Positions 11,728-22,400 of a stretch of 28,142 nt of DNA are shown here, one piece after another. This DNA is from Azolla caroliniana (taxonomy: Eukaryota > Plantae > Polypodiophyta). The stretch lies in assembly GCA_043228905.1 (NCBI GenBank), contig JBHGNT010000403.1, positions 1-28,142 on the forward strand, read 5' to 3'. The position numbers and the translations under genes are program-made. Numbering within the stretch: position 1 is the first letter of the stretch; every line of letters starts with the position of its first letter. The notes beneath the pieces were generated by a model. The model had not been told where the DNA came from and did no database searches. It saw only the letters and a program-made list of their open reading frames with translations.

Positions 11728-12034
11728 TGTCGAATACAAGTGTATAATGGACGTATTCACACTATCCCTTTTGTATAGCTTAAGTTTGGGCCATTTGTGT
11801 AATTAGCATAAATGGTAGTTGCCCTAAGTCGGTCACTATATAAAGTGACCTTGTAACCTTTTTGTAAGGTTGGGTTGTATTATTGCTTTATGTAATAGAA
11901 AGAGCCGTTTTGTGTGTGTGTGTCTCTCTCTCTCTCTATCTCTGTGCACGATCTTGCAAACTGTCATACGCAGGTATTCTCAACACCAATCGAATGCTAT
12001 TTGATCTTCCGCATTGACGACATTGTCTTCAACA
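11728..12034 (+). repeat. 5' LTR of copia B
   Basis: TGTCGAAT...CTTCAACA; matches 16973-17279 except within the TG/TC microsatellite. Confidence 0.97.
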
Positions 12035-12036
12035 TC

Positions 12037-12048
12037 TGGTATCAGAGC
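12037..12048 (+). promoter_or_regulatory. Primer binding site, initiator tRNA-Met
   Basis: TGGTATCAGAGC, separated from the LTR by 2 nt. Confidence 0.95.
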
Positions 12049-12728
12049 TTGCACAGTATTCGGTCCCTCAACCCGCTGTCGGCCGTCGTCTCAGCCTGCA
12101 CAGCATTCGGTTTCTTGCGTCATTCGAAGAAGAGAAGAAGAAGAAAAACGAGGCTTGCATCTCATCGCGTTAGATCATCTTCGCTTGGAGTAAGCCATCA
12201 GGTTGTACTCTGTTCCTTGTGATCGTAACCGCTCGAGGTGAAATCCCCTTGTGCAACATTGACACGATCGTGCTCCACCCGGTTAAAAGGCATCCGAAGA
12301 GGTCATCAAACGCTGCTCGCCGCTCATCGTAACCACTCGGTGCAGATCGGTCTCAAGACAACAACCCCAATTCGTGCTTCATCCGGCTGATCAACATTCG
12401 GGAGGATCAGTTTGATCCGTCTCTCTCGTCGCTGCAGTCACCCGAAGCAGAATCGGTCCAGACAATCGGTTTCAATAATCGGTATTTGGCATATATATTC
12501 GGAAGCGAACCGGGCTCACTCCGACTCGGCAACATTCGGGAAGACCAGTCGGTTCTGTCCCTCAAGTTACCGGAGTCAATTCGAGCAAGTTCAACAATAC
12601 ATATATCCGAAGCCGAACCGACTCGGGTTCAAATCCGACTAGAACGATATCGGGTGAGCCAACCGGCTGCACTCCAACAAGGTTCGTAGTCAACTCTGAA
12701 CCGAGCTTCGTAACCGAAACCAAATTTG

Positions 12729-15700
12729 ATGGCATCCACATCCGGCTCGTCAGAAATGAGTCTACGAAAGTTCGATGGATCGAACTTCAACTTCTGGAAG
12801 GAGCAAATGCAGGACTATCTCATAGTCAAGGGGCAAATCGATCCCATCGAAACTGAAGAACCTCCAGAAGGATACAAACCAATTGAGTGGCAGAAGCTGG
12901 ACAGAATCGTCCGCGCCACGATTCGGATGCACCTATCGGAATCGGTATACTTTACGGTGCAATCGTGTACGACAGCATTCGAACTGTGGAAAACACTGTC
13001 GGACACTTACGAAAAGAAGGTCGCTGCAACGAAGATGTTTCTGATCCGGCGCCTCTACAACTTGCGGATGAAAGAATCCGATTCGGTTCAAGCACATCTC
13101 AATGAGTACGAAAGCATAAGCTCCCAAATCTCATCTCAGGGGACGGCAATCGAGGATGAACTCAGAGCAATGATACTCATGAGTAGCCTTCCCTCATCAT
13201 GGGAAACTTTCGTCACAACCGTGTGCAACGCGTCGACCACGGCTGTTAAATACTCCGAAGTCACGAGCGCAATCCTGACCGAAGCAGCTCGGAGAAAGTC
13301 TTTCGCCAAAGACTCAACAGACGACGCTTATGTTGTACAAGGTTCGACAGACCGATCGAACATACGAGGAAGAGATTCCTCACGGCAGCCGAACAATCAG
13401 CGAAGACGGAGCCAGTCACGGGATAATCGAATCTGCAACTATTGCAAGAAACCCGGACACATCAAAGCCGACTGCCGCGCACTCAAAAACAAGAACGACA
13501 AGTCTCAGAGATCAGACAAGAAGAGTGGCCGGCATGAGGAGATCAATTACGTCAGCTTCTCGGCTGATGTGCTACCAAACGACCCGAATATACTATCAAT
13601 CGAAAATCCAGTCGGATCAGAAGTTCTGCTCACGACTGAAGAATCGAGCACATGGCTCTTGGATTCGGGCGCGTCATTTCACGTGACTCCTCATCGATCC
13701 CAATTTCGGCAATATACGATCCGTCACTCCGACTCAGTTCGAGTTGGCAACTCGCAACACTGTGACATAATTGGAATCGGCACAGTAGAGCTCAACCTTG
13801 CAGGTGGCTCTACACTTGTACTTCACAATGTCCGACATGTACCCGAGCTCTCAAGGCCATTGATCTCAGTCGGACAACTAGATGAAGACGGCATTCGTGC
13901 CGGTTTTTCTTCGGGAGGGTGGACACTCCACAGGGGGAACCTCCTGCTTGCTAGAGGACCCAAGATACACTCACTGTATCCGTTACATGTTACGCTCAGA
14001 GAGGGTAACCTGTTTTTGGTGGATATTCCTGTGTCCTCACTATGGCACAGAAGATTAGGACACCTCAGCAAGGCCGGCATTACGCATCTATCAAGAGCCG
14101 GATACATCCCTAAACTCTCCTTCTCCGACCATCAATTCTGCGAGCATTGCCAGTATGGCAAACAAGCAGCCGCATCACACCCGACATCAGCACCAAGAGA
14201 AATGAGACCTCTCGATTTAGTCCACTCGGACGTCTGTGGCCCAATGCCGCATCAGTCTCTTGGCGGTGCCTCTTACTTCGTCAGTTTTATTGACGATTCG
14301 ACCCGAAAGGTGTGGGCTTATCCAATTCGCACCAAAGATCGTGTCTTCTCGATCTTCTCCGATTGGCTCGCTATGGTAGAAAATCAAACTGACCGAAAAC
14401 TGAAATGCTTTCGGACCGACAATGGGGGAGAGTTCAAATCAGAAGAATTCGTCAAAATCAGAAGAATTCGTCAAATTCTGCCGACAACGCGGCATCCGAC
14501 GTGAATTTACGGCACCACACAGTCCGGAGCAAAACGGGATTGCCGAACGCATGAATCGGACAATCCAAGAACGGATAGTTTCCATGCTCCAACACTCCGG
14601 ACTGTCGGATGGCTTCTGGGCAGAGGCTCTACTCATGGCAGTACACATAATCAATATGTCGCCAAGCAGACCTCTAGGACTTCAAATTCCTCAGGAACTA
14701 TGGATCGGCAGTAAGCCGAATTATGACAAGCTGAGGATCTTCGGATGCGAGGCGTACGCCCTTATTCCGAAAGATGATCGCCGAAAACTTGCACCTCGGT
14801 CCAGGAAATGCCTTTTTCTTGGATATGGATCAGACGGCGAAATGGGATACCGACTCTGGGACCCCGAACGCAGACAAATCGTTCGAAGTTCGGACGTTGT
14901 GTTCAACGAGTCGGCTATGAATCCATCAGTTGAAAAACCGATCGAAGTCCGAAGGGTAATATTTTCCGATGTGCCGACCCTTCAAGAAGGCCCCGCTCTT
15001 AACACACGGTCAGCTTCACGGGTAGCTGCACCTTACACTACCGACTCGGACAACTCCGACTCGGTACAGCCGAATGATTCGCTTTCGGACCATCCGACCT
15101 CGATACCCGATGCGACCAGTCCAATCATACCTCGACGATCCGAGAGACTGTCGCAACCTCCGGAGAGGTATTCTCCTGGAATTTTCTTCACCGACGCCAG
15201 CGAACCGACGTCTTACGAAGAAGCATCGACATCTGTCGATTCCGCCACCTGGCATCTGGCGATGGAGTCGGAAATGCACTCCATTCGGGCAAACAAGACT
15301 TGGGATCTGGTCGAATTACCTAGGAACCGACGTGCTCTTCCTTGCAAGTGGGTTTATCGACTAAAAGAGACGTCTGATTCGCCCACCCCAAAGTACAAGG
15401 CCAGATTAGTTGCGAAGGGCTTCCGACAGGAATATGGCGTCGACTTCGACGAGATTTTTTCACCAGTGGTGAAAATGACAACCCTTCGTTTTCTACTCGG
15501 CGTAGTGGCAGCCGACAACTTGGAGCTGATTCAACTAGATGTCAAAACAGCCTTCCTCCATGGTGATCTTGAAGAGGAAATTTATATGGAGCAGCCAAAA
15601 GGCTTCGTGGCAACTGGCCAAGAACATCTAGTCTGCCGACTCAGGAAGAGTCTATACGGCCTCAAACAGGCACCGCGACAATGGTACAAGAAGTTCGACG

Positions 15701-16779
15701 ACTTCATCCAATCGATCGGCTTCTCAAAAAGCGATGAAGACCATTGTCTTTTTACCAACACAGCTCACGATGGGTCACCCATCTTCCTCATCATTTACGT
15801 GGACGACATGCTAATTTCTGGACGCCACGCGGGCGAACTTGCCGATCTCATTCGGCAACTGCGGTTGAAGTTTGCCATGAAGGACCTCGGTCCGGCACGA
15901 CACATACTTGGCATGAAGATTAGTCGGCATCGCGATAAACGACATCTTTTTTTGTCTCAGACCGACTATATCGGACGTGTCTTGGAACGCTTCAACATGC
16001 AATCAGCCAAATCTGCTTCAACCCCGCTCCCCATGAATCTTCGGCTCTCTCAGCGAGACTGCCCGACATCCGGTCCGAAGGGGGAAGATATGAAGTCGGT
16101 ACCGTATGCACCGGCAGTCGGCTCCCTTATGTACCTGATGGTCGCGACATGGCCTGATATTTCTCATGCCGTAGGAGTCGTCAGCAGATTTATGCACAAT
16201 CCTGGCCGATCGCATTGGAACGCAGTCAAGCATGTGTTCAAATATCTGGCTGGCACAAAAGACCACGGCATTCTTTTCGGTCCGAACTCAACTACAGGCG
16301 TAGTCGGTTACACCGACTCGGACTTCGCCGGCTGTATAGACAGTCGGAAATCAACAACCGGATACTGCTTCAAATTCGGCAATGGAGCAATTTCGTGGAA
16401 GTCGAAACTTCAGGAGTGCACAGCGACCTCAACGACCGAAGTAGAATATGTAGTTGCGTCCGACGCTGCAAAAGAAGCTTTGTGGCTCGGCCGGCTGGCG
16501 CACACGTTTCGGCAAGTCGACCATGACTCGGCTCCAGTTGTCTATAGCGACAGTCAAGGTGCTGTTGCCTTGTCGAAAAATCCGGTTCACCACAACGCCT
16601 CCAAACATATCGACGTTCGATATCACTTCGTTTGGGACTGCGTCATTTAAGGGAAAATCAGTCTAGAGAAAATATCCACAACCGACAATGTCGCAGATGG
16701 AATGACCAAGTGTCTTTCGGCAGACCGCTTTCGGTCTCTTCGGCATCAGATGGGCGTAACGACAAACCAGTCCGGTTAG
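12729..16779 (+). pseudogene. gag-pol polyprotein of copia B with one frameshift (19-bp duplication 14436-14473) and one premature TAA (16648-16650)
   Basis: CNYCKKPGHIKADC knuckle; WLLDSGASFH protease; LWHRRLGH/CEHC and HSDVCGP..TDNGGEF..NGIAER integrase; YKARLVAKGF, QLDVKTAFLHG and YVDD RT; YTDSDFAG..SKHIDVRYHF RNase H. The frame continues GKISLEKISTTDNVADGMTK to TAG at 16777-16779. Confidence 0.95.
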
Positions 16780-16965
16780 AGCCGGACACAGCGCAGGATG
16801 GTTTCCGACAACCGACATCAGTTCCTTAATGATCGGCTTCAACACTTCCGACCCGACCAACTCGGTCTTCAGCCTTCGGACCCTGCTGACTCGAACAAAA
16901 CTGATATGTCCGAGAACCTAGGTTTATACCTGTAATCTTAGATAACCCATGTATACGCCCATTAC

Positions 16966-16972
16966 GGGGGAG
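16966..16972 (+). promoter_or_regulatory. Polypurine tract of copia B
   Basis: GGGGGAG immediately before the 3' LTR TG. Confidence 0.85.
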
Positions 16973-17279
16973 TGTCGAATACAAGTGTATAATGGACGTA
17001 TTCACACTATCCCTTTTGTATAGCTTAAGTTTGGGCCATTTGTGTAATTAGCATAAATGGTAGTTGCCCTAAGTCGGTCACTATATAAAGTGACCTTGTA
17101 ACCTTTTTGTAAGGTTGGGTTGTATTATTGCTTTATGTAATAGAAAGAGCCGTTTTGTGTCTCTCTCTCTCTCTCTCTCTCTATCTCTGTGCACGATCTT
17201 GCAAACTGTCATACGCAGGTATTCTCAACACCAATCGAATGCTATTTGATCTTCCGCATTGACGACATTGTCTTCAACA
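16973..17279 (+). repeat. 3' LTR of copia B
   Basis: Direct repeat of 11728-12034, followed by TSD CTAAT. Confidence 0.97.
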
Positions 17280-17284
17280 CTAAT

Positions 17285-19292
17285 TTCCCCATTTCATTGT
17301 TTAGGCGGATTTCAAGCTGATGCCTTCTTTCCTGTTCGACCACCAACTGCTCGTCGAACCATACCTTCTTTTTCTCTAACAAGGCCTGGAGTCCCGTGAT
17401 TGCCGCCTCCGATTTCTTCGCCTCATCCCGTAATTGGGCGTTTTCGTCTTTTGTTCGGATGTGCTGAGCTACCTCCGTAGCAAGTTTCACTTCAAGGGTT
17501 TTTACTACCTTCCGGCCGTTTGCCCGGATCTCCTTTTCTCTGTCTGAGGATTGGCGTAGTTTAGCTCGAAGGCGGTCAATTTCTGATTCCGCTAGCTACA
17601 CGACCCTTTTCGCTTTTGAGGCGATGGCGGTCTGAGCCTCAATTTCTTCCTTCAAAGCGTCGATGGCATGATTTGGTGCCGGAGTTGCGTGTTGCGCCGT
17701 AGTCGCGTTAGTGTCCAATTCCGTGATGCGTTTGTTGGCTTTTTGCAGCTCGGCTTGGGTCATTTTCACCTTCTTCCAAACATTCTTATTTTTAATGGCC
17801 ATCTCCTTGGCGCCCGTGCTGACCTTTGCCAGTTCCCTATGGACTTCGACTAGGGCCGTGTTTAGTGGGGGTAGCTCCATCCCCACTCGGTGTACCCCAA
17901 TGTTCCTCCGTCTGCCGACCCTGGCTAGCTGGTCCTCATCGTCGCTCTCTGCCGTTTGTGTTAGGGCGCGCTCGATCATCTGGCGCTCCGCGTACTCCTC
18001 GGCCATTCGTTGGGAGGCTTTTATCTGTTGTGTTGCCAGGAATTCCATGAGCTCAAAGGAGGTTCCGAACTGTAAGAGGGCGCTGAACTCATGGGCCGTA
18101 TCCGGGATATCTGGATATGCCAAAAACTCGCTTTCCGCCATCACTACGGCTTTCCCTCGTTGGGACTGGGTCGTAATGATCGGTCGTGGCTCCTGGATGA
18201 TTTCGAAGGTGGTATTGGGCTCCGTAGTTGCGGAGCCATCACCTTCGGTTGTTGTTTCTGCCGCCGTGGGGACTTCTTTGACCAATCCCCGCCCATCTTT
18301 CTTGTCTAATCTACGTGGTTTCGGTCTGGGGCTATCCTGTCGTGTTTCGGTGTCTGGCTCTGGGGCTGCTTCCACGGAACGTGTCGGTCGTTCCTCCTGC
18401 GTTGTCTGTGTGTCTAGTTGGGCGGGAGGTGTCGTCCGCGTGTCTGCTTGGGCGGGTTGGGGTTCCTCTTCCCACTCTGGGCCGCTAACTCCGCTAACCT
18501 GCGCTTTGTGGATCGGGGCGGGGGCGTGGGTCGGCTGGGTTGCGGTGTCGGTAGGCCTCGGGGTGGGAATAGTACCGTAAGGTACTGTTGTATGATCGGC
18601 ATGAGCTTTTTTCCTGCCTGATATGCATGCAGGCCTTCCCTTAACGTTGGCCTCGTGATGACCCCCCAATCGACCGCACGCCCCTCAAAGGTATTGATAA
18701 TGATGCCCACCTTCTGTTTGGGCATCCCATATGCGTTGACATGTACGCAACCGACCTCTAACAGGAACTTGGCAACCTCACGGAAGAAGGGATCCGACAT
18801 CTGCTTCGTTCTATAGGCCTTGGCGGAGGAGGAATAGGGCCCGAAATATCGTTGCAACACCTCTGTAGGAGGGATTTCGAAATGCCTTTCGCCTAGAGAT
18901 GACAAGTCCAACTTTTTCCGGATGGAAGAGTTGGTGACCGTGTCGATTTTAAGCTTCTTGTCGATGTCCATGGCGTCCGGGTGTGGGGGTGCCTTTGAGA
19001 CCCGGATGTACCCATCCAGGCGTTTCTCCACGAGCCATCGGCGTAAGGCAATAGAGATGAATATCGGCATCGCTAGAGTAGGTTCGTGGGAAGGAGACGG
19101 GTGGGTTGGAGCTCTGTGATAGGATGGAGGAGAAGGTGAGGGGGGGGAACGATGGAAGCGTTGATAGTTAGAAGGTGGGTTTCTATTTTGTGCAGAAGAT
19201 ATTCTATTTCCTTCTTTTTGTGGCTTAGGGTTCATTGGGCGGTGATCCATCGTGGTGCCGCATGTTCTTGAACTAGGAGTCTGTGCATGCAT
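17285..19292 (-). pseudogene. N-terminal and central part of the gypsy extra ORF (unknown function)
   Basis: ORF 18414-19292 shifts at ~18480 into ORF 17596-18669, which reads through one TAG (17596) into the same-frame ORF 17242-17490. It starts ~110 nt after the pol stop. Confidence 0.75.
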
Positions 19293-19400
19293 TTTGTCCT
19301 TTTAATAGTGTCGTTATCTTCTCTCTTTTTTTTCTTTTTTTTTTTCATAACGGTTATATACAGCCTATTTTTACATTGTGGTACAAGTGGGGCCATCCAT

Positions 19401-22400
19401 TTACGCCGCGGGTTCTCCGGCTCTGTCCTGTTTGGCGGTGAATGGGTTAGGTGGCGTAGAGCCCAAGTAAGGTTTAAGGCGAAACCCATTTGCCTTTTGC
19501 CATACTACTTCCCCGGCCAGCGTACCTAGTTGGAACGTGCCTTGTTCCACTCCAATTATCCAGTATGGGCCGGTCCAGTGGAATCGTAACTTCCCTGGCA
19601 TATGGCCCATGCGGGTTTGGAAAACCAGCACCGCTCGGCCGACAGCGAACTCCTTTTCCCTTGCGTTCCGATGTCGATCCACAAACGCTTTACGTCGTCG
19701 TTGTTCCTGCTCCAACACAGCCATGTTGTGTACGCGTTGTTCCCTGAGTTCGAGTAGCTGGTGGAGCCATACCTCCTCCAATTTGGCTTCCGAAAGTCGG
19801 TCCCGTACCTGAATCCGCAAACTGGGTATCTGAAATTCGACCGGCATCACAGCCTCCAGCCCAAATGCTAGTCGAAACGGTGTGGACTGTATGCTTGTTT
19901 TGTAGCTGGTTCTATACGCCCATAACACACTCTGTAATTTGGTATCCCAGTCTTTTCTATTTTCATTGACGATTTTCTTCAAGATGGTCTACAACGTCTT
20001 GTTGGTGGATTCCGCTAACCCATTCGCTTGTGGATAATATGGCGTACTCTTCTTGTGGACTACGGCGTAATGATGTGTTAGTTCCCGAACCACCATATTG
20101 AGAAAGTGACTCCCCTGGTCACTGATGAGCTCAATCGGACAGCCGAACCGGCACCAGATGTGCTCGTAAAGGAATTTGGTTGTGATAGCCGCCGTATTTT
20201 CTCGTAGTGCCTTTGCTTCCACCCACTTGGTGCAATAATCCATAGCTACCAATATGTATTTATTGCCCGTACGGGCTGCCGCCGGTGTGAAGGGGCCCAC
20301 AAAATCCAATCCCCACTTTTGGAAGGGGTCTAGCGGTAATACGGGCTGGTGTGGCATCCTTGCGCCCTCCGTGGGTTGGCCCATCCGTTGACACAAATCA
20401 CACTTTCTACAATACTCGGATGCGTCCTTCTGCGTTGTTGGCCACCATAAGCCCGCCTGCCATATTTTCCGGGTTGTAACGTCGCCCGCGTAATGGCCGC
20501 ATGTCCTGCCGCAGTGTGCCTCCCGTAAAACTGCTTCTTTCTCATCCTAACGTACCCCACGTCGCCATATGCCAACACTTCCTTTGTGATATAAAACTCC
20601 TTCTATAAGGCAGAAGTGACGGCTTCAGACGGCTAGTCGTTTCTTCTCGTCTGTGCGTAATTGTGGTGGAGGCAGTCCCGTAGTTAAAAAGTATGTCATT
20701 TCCATAAGCCACCGGTCCGGAAAGGTCAATTCCATTATGTCTCCTAGTGCTGCTACCCGCAGGATGTCGGCGTCCGGAAAATCGACGCCATCTTTTTGTA
20801 CTGTTTCTCCATTCTCGAGTCTGCTCAAAAAATCCGCCACTGCGTGTTGCGTCCCTGGTCGGTGCTGGATTACGAAATCGAATTCTTGGAGTAGCAGCAT
20901 CCATCGCGCCAATTTCCCCGTCAGGGCTTTTTTCTCCACCAAATACAGCAACGCGGAATGATCCACGTGGAATGTGAACTTCCTTCCTAGTAAATAGTGC
21001 CGGAATTTATTGATGTTATAGATCATCCCTAGCGCCTCTCGCTCTATTGTGGAATAATTACGCTCTGCTGTTGACAATTTGCGACTGGCGTAGTACATTG
21101 GCCGGTACCAATTTGGTTCAGTGAGCTGCATTAGCGCACTCCCTATTGCTATGTCCGAGGCGTCGACGAACACGTGGAATGGCTTCGCCCAAACTGGTGG
21201 TTGTACGACAGGGGCCTGTGTGAGCATTATCTTAAGTGCTTCATAGGCCTTGTCCTCCATTGCGGTCCATTGGAAGGGAGTCCAATGTACGACAGCATGT
21301 AACAGCGTGGCGAAGTCCGCCAAATATCGTATCATTCGACTATGCCACTGTATTTGTCTTAAAAACCGGCCAAGTGATTTCGCGTTTGTCGGAGTTTTGG
21401 CTTGCGTAATCGCGGAGATCTTGTTCGGATCGACCGCTATTCCCTCCTTGCTGACTATGTGGCCTAGGAGAGTCTCGTTGGTCACGCCGAAAGCACATTT
21501 CGCGGGATTCAGGCTTAAGCGTGCGGTGCGGCAACGTTCCAAGCACAGTTGCAGGTGCATAAAATGGTCTATTGTTCTCCCATATACCGCAAAGTCGTCT
21601 AAAAAAACTTGCATGAACGCCGGAATGTATTCCCCAAAGATCTCCGTAATTGTCCGTTGAAATGTTGCCGGAGCCGTCTTTAGCCCAAACATCATGACGA
21701 CTGCCACATAGACTCCCCAGTCCGTGACAAATGTCGTCTTTTCCTGGTCCTCGGGATGCATGCGTACCTGGTTATACCCACTGAAGCCATCTAAAAAACT
21801 GTACATCTCATGTCCTGCGACGATGTCCAATACGCTATCGGTGAAGGGTAAAGGGAATGCGTTCGTAATGGTTACGACGTTTAATTTTCGGTCATCTACG
21901 CGTACCCGTATTTTGCCATTTTTCTTTGGAACGACCACTATTGGGCTTAACCATGTGGCTTGTTTAACTGGTCGTATGAACCCAGCCTTCAGGAGTTTGT
22001 CAATTTCCTCTTTTACGCGGGCTGCGTAGTTCGGGTTCATGCGGTAGCGGTGCTGTTGGATGGGTTTTGCGTCGGTTGCTAAATTGATCTTATGCTGATA
22101 TAACTTGGGATCTAACCCCTTCATGTCCTCGTGAGCCCAAGCGAACACATCTTTATATTTCTTGAGTAGTGCGATCATCGTGTTTCTCTGGTCCGGCCTT
22201 AATTCCTTTGCGATAGAGAGAAAACGGGGTTCCGATTCCGTACCCACATTTACTTCTTCCAGGATGGAAGCGGTGACTCGTCGTGAAATTTCCATTTCCC
22301 TTTCGAATGCCGCTCGTGCTCTACTGAGTTCCAATATGGACTCTAGGTTTGGTTCGTAAGCCTCGTTGTGGAGAATAGTGGCCGTGGCATATTCTACCGC

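Larger units (their letters stand above)
11728..17279 (+). mobile_element. Complete Ty1/copia LTR retrotransposon B (5552 bp), Tnt1/Tork-like
   Basis: Two 307-bp LTRs (TG..CA), TSD CTAAT at 11723-11727 and 17280-17284, PBS, PPT and a full gag-PR-IN-RT-RH. Confidence 0.97.

Noticed and set aside
14436-14473. Programmed ribosomal frameshift between the two copia B ORFs
   Set aside because: The shift is in mid-integrase and is fully explained by a 19-bp tandem duplication; copia gag-pol is normally one frame.
17711-18580. 289-aa plus-strand ORF as an antisense gene
   Set aside because: Antisense shadow of the GC-rich extra ORF; non-ATG start and S/V/G/A-biased composition.
10748-19292. Calling the extra ORF an envelope gene (endogenous retrovirus)
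   Set aside because: The position fits, but I see no signal peptide or hydrophobic transmembrane segment.
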